Below, in pieces: positions 8,181 through 15,906 of a stretch of 33,063 nucleotides of DNA; position 1 is the first letter of the stretch, and every line of letters begins with the position of its first letter. Made by a program: the position numbers and the translations under genes. The notes beneath the pieces are model-generated. The model was not told the origin of the DNA. It saw nothing but the letters and a program-made list of their open reading frames with translations, and did not search any database. The stretch is from Sulfurospirillum sp. (lineage in GTDB: Bacteria > Campylobacterota > Campylobacteria > Campylobacterales > Sulfurospirillaceae): NCBI GenBank assembly GCA_045047115.1, contig JASFYR010000015.1:1-33063 (forward strand), read 5' to 3'.

Positions 8181-9785
8181 CTAGGGTATCAATATCCCTC
8201 TTAACATAAAATAAAACATAGCTGCCAAAAGTCCGGCAGCCGGTACTGTTATCAACCAGGCAGCCACAATCATTTTTATAGCCGAGCGTTTTACAAGTTC
8301 ATGTTTTTTTACCACTTTTACGGCTTTTTTCTCAATCTTGCTCATATGGACCTTGCCAGCATCTATTTTATTGATGATTTTCTTCTCTTCGTTTATCTTG
8401 CTCATAAGATTTTTGATGAGATAAGGATCAACTTTTTTTAATTTTCCGAGTGATTCCAGCTCATTTTTATACTCTTCAAGTTTTTCAAGTTGCTCTTCAA
8501 GATGAGTTTTTTTAATCTCCTCTTTTATCTCTTGGACTTCATTCCTTGTTAGATACTCCCTGAGAAAACCGACTCCAAAAATTCCTCCTAGTGCGATATG
8601 GGTTGAGCTGACAGGTAGTCCAAGTTGATTTGCTATGATGACCGTGATAGAAGCTGCCATAGCAACGCAAAAAGCTCTTATCTGGTCTAATTCTGTTATC
8701 TCACTCCCCACTTTTTTTATAAGTTTTGGTCCGTAGAGCGCCAATCCGAGTGATATGCCGATAGCACCCACCACCATAACCCAAAGCGGTATATGTGCTT
8801 TTGCTGAAAATGTACTGTGCATAATGGCATCATTTATGGCCGCCAGTGGGCCAACTGCATTTGCAACATCATTAGCGCCATGTGCAAAACTGAGCAATGC
8901 GGCTGAAAATATCAAAGGTATATTGAAGAGTTTGTTTATCGCCATTCTTGTATTTGGGAGTTTCTCGGCAGCTCTCATAATTGATGGTTTGGTCAAATAG
9001 TAGAGTATCAAAGATATTGCCAAGCCGGCAATACTCGCAGTTATAAAATTTAGTTTAATTATATGTTTGAAGCCTTTGAGCAGTATATAGGTCGAAAAAG
9101 CCCAGGTCATTATAGCTATCAAGATGGGGACTATGGTCTTGGCCGCCTCTTTTTTATCCTCTTTAAATATAATAGTTTTTTTGATAAATATCAGAAATCC
9201 GGCTGCAATCAAACCTCCAAGCAGAGGAGAGATAACCCAACTGGCAACTATAGCTTCCATTTTTATCCAGTTTACTATATCCCATCCAGCAGCTGCTATG
9301 CCAGCACCAGTAACACCTCCGACTATAGAGTGTGTGGTTGATACAGGAGCACCTAGTGCAGTTGCAAGATTTAACCATAGTGCACCCGCAAGAAGTGCTG
9401 CCATCATAATCCATATAAAAACATCCGCATTTTGTATGAGAGCCGGATTTATGATGCCTTTTTTTATGGTTCCTACAACATCACCACCGGCTATCAAGGC
9501 ACCAGCAGATTCAAAAATAGCTGCCACTACTATCGCCCAAAAAATACTGATAGCAGAAGAGCCAACAGCGGGACCGACATTGTTTGCAACATCATTTGCG
9601 CCTATATTCATCGCCATATAGGCACCGAAAACTGCTGAAATCATCAGTAGGAGATAGTTTGGCATTTGAGATGAAAATAGATATACATAATATGAAACAA
9701 GTGTTATAAATATTAGGCTGACTGCTATACTTGAAGCGGTCTTGGTGTTTGATTTTTGAATATAAGTAACGGATTTTAAATCCAT
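8181..9785 (-). CDS. PiT (PHO4) family inorganic phosphate transporter
   Basis: Duplicated GANDVAN signature, PVSTTHS and PVSSTH, many TM helices. Confidence 0.95.
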   Translation of the reverse strand: MDLKSVTYIQKSNTKTASSIAVSLIFITLVSYYVYLFSSQMPNYLLLMISAVFGAYMAMNIGANDVANNVGPAVGSSAISIFWAIVVAAIFESAGALIAGGDVVGTIKKGIINPALIQNADVFIWIMMAALLAGALWLNLATALGAPVSTTHSIVGGVTGAGIAAAGWDIVNWIKMEAIVASWVISPLLGGLIAAGFLIFIKKTIIFKEDKKEAAKTIVPILIAIMTWAFSTYILLKGFKHIIKLNFITASIAGLAISLILYYLTKPSIMRAAEKLPNTRMAINKLFNIPLIFSAALLSFAHGANDVANAVGPLAAINDAIMHSTFSAKAHIPLWVMVVGAIGISLGLALYGPKLIKKVGSEITELDQIRAFCVAMAASITVIIANQLGLPVSSTHIALGGIFGVGFLREYLTRNEVQEIKEEIKKTHLEEQLEKLEEYKNELESLGKLKKVDPYLIKNLMSKINEEKKIINKIDAGKVHMSKIEKKAVKVVKKHELVKRSAIKMIVAAWLITVPAAGLLAAMFYFMLRGILIP

Positions 9786-9832
9786 AAGTATCCTTTAATT
9801 ATTTTTGACTTTTAAGAAGAGAATTGTACTTT

Positions 9833-10951
9833 TTATTTCTTCAATTCCAGCTTTAGTGCCGTTAGTAACTCATTTTGTTGTATCGATATATAGTCTCTGA
9901 TTCTATTTCTCTCGCTATTGTCTGGAGAGATATTTAGTATAATTTCATCGTCTATTATATTAAATATATAAGCTTTTACTTTTATTGGAGAGAGAAATTT
10001 TTTGTCATTTGCCAATAAAAATTTTATCTCTAACTCTTTTTGAAACAGATCACTGCTCGTCAAGACTTTTGCTTTTTCAGAAACTATTTTTAACGAGATA
10101 GAATTTTCAGAAATACTTACTATGTTTCCTTCGGCTAATTTTTTGTGAGCTTTTGCAAGGATTGCATGTATGTTTTTATTTGGTTTTATTCTTATACTGC
10201 TTCTTTCGACCGGTGAAGATCTGAGAAATTGAAGATTTCCTAAAACCATTAAAAATCTGTTTTTATCTACTTTTAAGATACTTGCTTTGATGATGTCCGG
10301 TATCATATCGTGCTGAATAAATGTGAATTTTTCATTTTCGTAGAAAGGAATTTTATCAGTACTTATTTTTACTTGTATTATGCCATCACTAAAACCACTG
10401 ACTCTGACACCCGATTGTACCGGTATACACCTGTAAAGATTGTTTAAAATGATGTGGCTTGATTTGTTAAATATGTTTTGTAGGACTTTTAAAGGATCTA
10501 TGGTGTCATAGTAGTCAAAATCAACTGTACCGTAAAATATTTTTTTAGAACTTGAAAGTTTTGACATGACGAAGTATTTATCTACTCTGTCCATCAGCGT
10601 TTTATAGGTATCATTCGGACTGCTGAGTGTGATACCGATATCTTTGATATCTATATTAAATTTATTGTTACATTCGTATGCGAGTTTATTTATCGTGGCT
10701 TTTGCCTGATGTACCCTTGTGTCTTTTAAAAAAATCAAAAAGCTATCTTTACCCTGTTTTAAAATAGGGCTAAAATCTGTATAAATATGGATAAAAGAGA
10801 TAAAATCTTTAAAAGAGTAGGCATCCGTCAAGTCAACTTTGTATTCAAATTTTACCAATGAAAATGGATTTTTCATATCTTTTGAGAAACTAAGATTTGC
10901 TTCAACGATACCTTTTATTAGATAGTTATTTATTTCTGTATCTTTTGTCAT
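9833..10951 (-). CDS. Hypothetical protein: degenerate GGDEF-like N-terminus, PilZ-like C-terminus
   Basis: DSFLIFLKDT...IGIT...LMDRVDKYFVMSK resembles the GGDEF fold C-half; ERSSIR (RxxxR) followed by SISENS; GGAG RBS before ATG 10951. Confidence 0.6.
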   Translation of the reverse strand: MTKDTEINNYLIKGIVEANLSFSKDMKNPFSLVKFEYKVDLTDAYSFKDFISFIHIYTDFSPILKQGKDSFLIFLKDTRVHQAKATINKLAYECNNKFNIDIKDIGITLSSPNDTYKTLMDRVDKYFVMSKLSSSKKIFYGTVDFDYYDTIDPLKVLQNIFNKSSHIILNNLYRCIPVQSGVRVSGFSDGIIQVKISTDKIPFYENEKFTFIQHDMIPDIIKASILKVDKNRFLMVLGNLQFLRSSPVERSSIRIKPNKNIHAILAKAHKKLAEGNIVSISENSISLKIVSEKAKVLTSSDLFQKELEIKFLLANDKKFLSPIKVKAYIFNIIDDEIILNISPDNSERNRIRDYISIQQNELLTALKLELKK

Positions 10952-10970
10952 GCACACTCTCCATAGAAGT

Positions 10971-10992
10971 ATTATAACTTACTTGCTATAAT
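10971..10992. promoter_or_regulatory. Back-to-back divergent -10 boxes
   Basis: TGCTATAAT at 10984-10992 (plus, for ciaB) and TATAAT on the minus strand at 10971-10976. Confidence 0.65.
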
Positions 10993-11020
10993 ACTGCAAT
11001 TAAATTGCAAAGGAAAAGTT

Positions 11021-12874
11021 GTGAATGAGAAATTTAAAGGTGATTTAGCCCAATTTTACGATTTGGTTAGCAAAAATCAAAAAGAGTTGGGATTATTTTA
11101 TGGATTGGTGGAAAACACAGAGTATAGAAATGATGAAATTTGCAAATATGTGGATGAATTTTTGGATGAATGTGAACTAAAACATAATAAAGAAAATTAT
11201 TTGGCTCTGCTTTCAAGATTAATAAATCTAAGAGATGAGCAGTTTGTTCAAGTACTTGCTAAAGAAGAGAAAAGCAAAGAAGATATAAAGAAAAAAAGAG
11301 CCCTTGCGTATCTTTGGACGAAGAATTTTCATCTAAAGAGAGAGAAAAAACTGATAGAAGAGATAAAAAATAGAGATTTGTTAAACCAGTTTTATAGAGA
11401 ATTGTTGAGTGGTGTTTATGAGATTGGTTTGGTTATGAGTGAGTGGCAGTTTGATTGGAATGAGTATATTATCGATACCATAAACCGAGAATTGGAAGAA
11501 AAATACGGTGACGGAGTGATAGATTTTTTGAGAAAAAATGAGCTTTTTGGCAGAGATGAAAATGGTGAACCAGCAGATAGATCCTACTGTGTGTTAGCAA
11601 AAGATGAAGGAGAATACAAAATTCAAACTTATGCACAGTTTTTTAGTGATTTTGTGGAAAAAATATGCAAAAAACTTGATGATTTAGTAGAAGTTTTAGA
11701 AGGACTGGAAGATAATGATACAAATCAAAAAGAGGAGTATGTAGAGTATTTTAAATCTCTTAAGATTGCCTTTGGTGAAAAAAACAAAACCCTGCTACTC
11801 TCAAGATGGAGAGATGTGGACAGGGCATGGATGAAGATTACTTCACCTATACAAGTAGGGCATCCACTTGAGTATTATGAGGACCATTATAGAAAAGCAG
11901 TTGCACTGGAGTGGGATGTTAGGATTTCAAATCCTGATAATTCAGGTGCAAATAAGACTTATGAATCTATATATTCCATGTATAAAAAACTTTTTGAAAA
12001 ATTTGACAAAAGTTATAAGCAAATACAAAATAGAACGGTTGAAAATCTAAAAAGGGTTCAGCTTTACATTGGCCGTCCCGCTCTCTTTTTTGCAAGTGAA
12101 TTTAATGGTCTTTTTTCAGCTCAAGTTGTGCCAAATGATGAATTGGTAAGCAAAGAAGAGGGTAAAAAAATATTTGCTTTTGCGGACAATATACTAGATA
12201 CCCAAAGAGCAAAACCATTTCTTAAGATAAACAGGATAGTTTTTGGTGATAATTTTATCCGTAAAGAGAGAGAGTTGATTTTTAAAAAAAGTAAAATCTG
12301 GCATAGAGTATATGAAGTAAGTACGATAGGGCATGAGTTTGGACATATCTTGTGGCTTGACAGTGATACTGAAGCAGTGATGAATGCAAGTGGCGTGTTT
12401 AAAAACATAGAGGAGTTTAAGGCAACATCCGGTGGTTTGGTAGCATTTTTTATGAATGAAGACAAAGAGATTGGAGAGTATGTATTTTTAGAGCTTATCA
12501 AAAGGGCAGTCAGTTTGATAGCATGGAGAAAAACAGGTGAGGTTGAGCCATACTATTGCGAAGGATTGATACACTTAAAAGGATTATTTGACAGCGGAGT
12601 GTTGGAATTTGATGGAAAATTGACTCTACATGTAGGGGATGAATTTTACAGTAGGTTGAAAAATTGGTATCTTAAAACTTATAAGGAGTTGGCTGAGCAT
12701 TATCTGTATAAAAGAGATGCAAATGAATTTTTGAAAAAATTTGCATCCAAAGAGAGTGGTGATTATCTGCCAAAAGATACTCTCGTTAGATCTTTTGTAG
12801 AGTATTATTGGGACCTACATCAAGATATTGGACGAGAGATTGATGAAAGTATAGATAAAAAGGAGTGGAAATAA
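11021..12874 (+). CDS. ciaB: CiaB (Campylobacter invasion antigen B) family protein, HExxH motif
   Basis: QVGHPLEYYEDHYRKAVALEWD, GLFSAQVVPNDE, STIGHEFGH, NIEEFKAT, PYYCEGLIHL; about 610 aa as in CiaB. Confidence 0.88.
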   Translation: MNEKFKGDLAQFYDLVSKNQKELGLFYGLVENTEYRNDEICKYVDEFLDECELKHNKENYLALLSRLINLRDEQFVQVLAKEEKSKEDIKKKRALAYLWTKNFHLKREKKLIEEIKNRDLLNQFYRELLSGVYEIGLVMSEWQFDWNEYIIDTINRELEEKYGDGVIDFLRKNELFGRDENGEPADRSYCVLAKDEGEYKIQTYAQFFSDFVEKICKKLDDLVEVLEGLEDNDTNQKEEYVEYFKSLKIAFGEKNKTLLLSRWRDVDRAWMKITSPIQVGHPLEYYEDHYRKAVALEWDVRISNPDNSGANKTYESIYSMYKKLFEKFDKSYKQIQNRTVENLKRVQLYIGRPALFFASEFNGLFSAQVVPNDELVSKEEGKKIFAFADNILDTQRAKPFLKINRIVFGDNFIRKERELIFKKSKIWHRVYEVSTIGHEFGHILWLDSDTEAVMNASGVFKNIEEFKATSGGLVAFFMNEDKEIGEYVFLELIKRAVSLIAWRKTGEVEPYYCEGLIHLKGLFDSGVLEFDGKLTLHVGDEFYSRLKNWYLKTYKELAEHYLYKRDANEFLKKFASKESGDYLPKDTLVRSFVEYYWDLHQDIGREIDESIDKKEWK

Positions 12875-12922
12875 CACATTTATTCCACAAATATTTGATA
12901 TGCTACTCTAAAAGGAGTTGAT

Positions 12923-13522
12923 ATGAAAACTATAGTGTTTGTTTTGGGTTTTGTTTTTCTATTTGCCGGATGTGCTCCTCGGTATGTCATAAGAAATCAA
13001 TACATACCCCCACTTGATACAGGTTCCAGAGCGTGTTTGAAAAACTGCTCTAAAGCAAAACAAAAATGCAAACAAAAATGCGCAGAGGATTATAGTGACT
13101 GTTTGAGTTATGCTTATGATAAAGCAAAGCAGATACAAATCAAATCAGATAAGAATTATAAAAAGAGATATAACCGCTATCAGGCAAGGCTAAATGACTA
13201 TAATTTTAATATCTTTGATTGGCAAAACAGATACGAACAGAGATATAGTGATTGGAAATACTTTAGCGACAAATGTTCGAAAAATGGCGATAATTATGCG
13301 TGTGAGAGAGAAAATGAATTAAGTTATATAATAAAAAAGCTAAGCAGAAGCAGGCCAAGAGAGCCAAAAGCACCTAAATATATCACATTTGAAGAGACTT
13401 TGGCTAAGCAACAAAACAGATGTGTTGAAAAGTGTGGTTGCGATGATGTGTATGATAGTTGTTTTATAGGATGCGGAGGAGAGATTATACCACATAGGAT
13501 TTGCGTTAAAAATTGTGATTAA
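12923..13522 (+). CDS. Cysteine-rich lipoprotein of unknown function
   Basis: AAGGAG RBS, lipobox FAG-C17, 14 further Cys, central coiled-coil-like segment. Confidence 0.85.
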   Translation: MKTIVFVLGFVFLFAGCAPRYVIRNQYIPPLDTGSRACLKNCSKAKQKCKQKCAEDYSDCLSYAYDKAKQIQIKSDKNYKKRYNRYQARLNDYNFNIFDWQNRYEQRYSDWKYFSDKCSKNGDNYACERENELSYIIKKLSRSRPREPKAPKYITFEETLAKQQNRCVEKCGCDDVYDSCFIGCGGEIIPHRICVKNCD

Positions 13523-13621
13523 ACAAAACTTAAGTATTGCTTTTGACTGACTGATAAAACGATATGTAAGATTTAAAAGGGTATAGTTTTATAGAGTAAA
13601 AATTCCCTATAAGAGTAATTT

Positions 13622-15016
13622 GTGAGAAAACATATAACTGAACAGACCGTCATATTTTTTAGTGTAACCAAGTGGTTATTTTTATCCTCCGTTATGGGAG
13701 TAATAATAGGTGCATTGATGACACTTTTCCTATGGCTTTTGGAGTATTCTGTTGATCATAGAGGGGTTTTGGGGATTCCGTATTATTTCATTCTTCCATT
13801 GGCTCTTCCGTTGACGATATTTATAATCAAAACATTTGCTCCGAATGCACAAGGTCATGGGACGGAGAAAGTCATAGAGGCTGTTCATAAAAAAAGCGGA
13901 AAGATTGCAGTTGCTGTTATGCCTATAAAACTTCTGGCAACGATTTTTACTATATTTGCGGGCGGTTCTGTCGGAAAAGAGGGACCGGGAGCGCAAATAG
14001 GTGCAGGTGCCTCTTCTGTTATCGCATCGCTTTTGAAATTTAGTGATGTTGATAGGAAAAAATTAGTTATTTGCGGTATCAGTGCAGGTTTTGCTTCTGT
14101 ATTTGGTACACCGATAGCCGGAGCAATTTTTGGTATCGAGGTTTTAACCATAGGTATAATTTTATATGATGTTCTTCTTCCGTCTTTCATAGCAGGATTT
14201 GCAGCATTTACAACGGCTCAATTTTTAGGTGTGGATTATACCTATTTTGATATACATTTCTACAAAGCGGTCAATCTTGATTTGGTATTGATCGCAGAAG
14301 TTGTAGTTGCCGGCGTATTTTTTGGATTTGTGGCCGATTTTTTCATAACTGTTTTAAATGACACCGAACATGCGATAAGTAAGATAAAAGCCAGTCCTTA
14401 TTTGAAAGCATTTGTGGCTGGTGTAGTGATGGTTTTGGCAACTTTAATGGTAGGTGATCGATATTTGGGCTTAGGTCTGAATGTGATCGAAAATGCTCTT
14501 GACCCCGAGGGTTTTTTATCTGCAGATATTCACTGGTATGATTTTATTTTAAAGACCATTTTTACTTCTATCTCTTTGGGAAGCGGCGGTAGCGGAGGAA
14601 TAGTAACACCTATATTTTATGTGGGTGCCACAAGTGGGGTTTTATTTGGGCATTTGATGCATAACGAAGTGGCACTCTTTGCTGCACTCGGCTTCGTCAG
14701 TGTTCTTGCAGGCACTACAAATGCGCCTATCGCTTCGGTCATAATGGCGGTTGAACTTTTTGGTATAGAGATAGCACATTATGCGGCTATTTCAGCTATT
14801 GTTGCTTTTTTGGTTTCCGGGCACAGAAGTGTCTTTCCTTCACAAAAAATAGCGATGAGCAAAGCCGGAAATATAGAGATAGAGGGAGATGAAGATATAG
14901 AGCATACAAATATAAGCATACATACTCAAGATCTGGAAAAGTTTAAAAATATTCGTTCCCAGCTAAAATACAAACGATTAAAATGGCAAGCTAAAAATTT
15001 TCATAATAAAAAATAG
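13622..15016 (+). CDS. CLC-family anion channel/transporter with atypical selectivity motifs
   Basis: GHGTE, GGSVGKEGPG, FGTPIAGAIFGIEV, GGIVTP, TNAPIAS; no CBS domains. Confidence 0.92.
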   Translation: MRKHITEQTVIFFSVTKWLFLSSVMGVIIGALMTLFLWLLEYSVDHRGVLGIPYYFILPLALPLTIFIIKTFAPNAQGHGTEKVIEAVHKKSGKIAVAVMPIKLLATIFTIFAGGSVGKEGPGAQIGAGASSVIASLLKFSDVDRKKLVICGISAGFASVFGTPIAGAIFGIEVLTIGIILYDVLLPSFIAGFAAFTTAQFLGVDYTYFDIHFYKAVNLDLVLIAEVVVAGVFFGFVADFFITVLNDTEHAISKIKASPYLKAFVAGVVMVLATLMVGDRYLGLGLNVIENALDPEGFLSADIHWYDFILKTIFTSISLGSGGSGGIVTPIFYVGATSGVLFGHLMHNEVALFAALGFVSVLAGTTNAPIASVIMAVELFGIEIAHYAAISAIVAFLVSGHRSVFPSQKIAMSKAGNIEIEGDEDIEHTNISIHTQDLEKFKNIRSQLKYKRLKWQAKNFHNKK

Positions 15017-15625
15017 TCAGATTAGAGCTTGATAGAAATTATAAGCGACGAAAAACATTATAAATGCCGTAAGCATATCTAAAAGCTTCCAAGTGAAAGG
15101 TTTTCTAAACAGAGGTATCAGTAACCTGCTTCCGTAAGCCAAAGAGAAAAACCATATAAAAGATGCACTTATGGCACCAAGTATGAACAGGTTTTGTTTG
15201 ACTCCTTGAAAACGACTTCCTATAGAGCCTATCAGCATCATAGTATCCAAATAAACATGTGGATTTAAAAGAGATATGGCAAGGGTGGAGAGTATGGTTT
15301 TGCCAAAATCACTTTTCTCTCTCTTTGCGATTATTTTCATTTTTTGGGTTGAAAAGATATTTTTTAATGCGATGATTCCATAAATATTTAAGAATATAAT
15401 ACCAAACCAGGTAATATATATAAAAAATGAGGGATAGAGTTCTAAAATTTTACCTACACCTTTGACACCGGTGACTATCAGTGTTGCATCGAGCGAAAAG
15501 CAGATGATGGCTATAAGGAGAGTATGCTCTTTTAGCAAGCCTTTTTTAAGTACATAGATATTTTGGGCACCAATCGCCACAATAAGACTAAAACTGATCA
15601 AAAAACCTTGTAAAAACAGACTAAT
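15017..15625 (-). CDS. LysE/ArgO family amino-acid exporter (start probably ATT 15625 rather than TTG 15601)
   Basis: LIVAIGAQN, LLNPHVYLDT, SFIWFFSLAYG; the frame stays open upstream through SLFLQGFL. Confidence 0.9.
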   Translation of the reverse strand: MSLFLQGFLISFSLIVAIGAQNIYVLKKGLLKEHTLLIAIICFSLDATLIVTGVKGVGKILELYPSFFIYITWFGIIFLNIYGIIALKNIFSTQKMKIIAKREKSDFGKTILSTLAISLLNPHVYLDTMMLIGSIGSRFQGVKQNLFILGAISASFIWFFSLAYGSRLLIPLFRKPFTWKLLDMLTAFIMFFVAYNFYQALI

Positions 15626-15680
15626 AACATAATCCTTTAAAAATTTAAGAATAGTTAGAATAAAATATAAAACAAGAGGG

Positions 15681-15756
15681 TGGTGGCTTGAGACAGAATT
15701 GAACTGCCGACACGGTGATTTTCAGTCACCTGCTCTACCGACTGAGCTATCAAGCC
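15681..15756 (-). tRNA. tRNA-Phe (GAA)
   Basis: GGCTTGATAGCTCAGTCGGTAGAGCAGGTGACTGAAAATCACCGTGTCGGCAGTTCAATTCTGTCTCAAGCCACCA: 76 nt cloverleaf, GAA anticodon, encoded CCA; TATAAT -10 at 15775-15780. Confidence 0.98.
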
Positions 15757-15906
15757 ACTTAAATTGAGATTGAAATTATATCTTAATAACTTTAATGTTT
15801 GCTTATCTGACTTTTAAGGAAGTATTATGTACAATATAATTACTTTATCAGGTAAATACATAGGCTTTTGGTGGAGCAATAAGATAAAAACAGGGCTTGG
15901 GATTGG

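Noticed and set aside
15014..15019. CLC and LysE stop codons abut with no gap or terminator
   Set aside because: Common in compact genomes; nothing suggests a specific antisense function
15681..15756. tRNA-Phe as the attachment site of a genomic island
   Set aside because: No integrase and no duplicated tRNA 3' end were seen in the window; the accessory-looking receptor operon lies on the tRNA's 5' side
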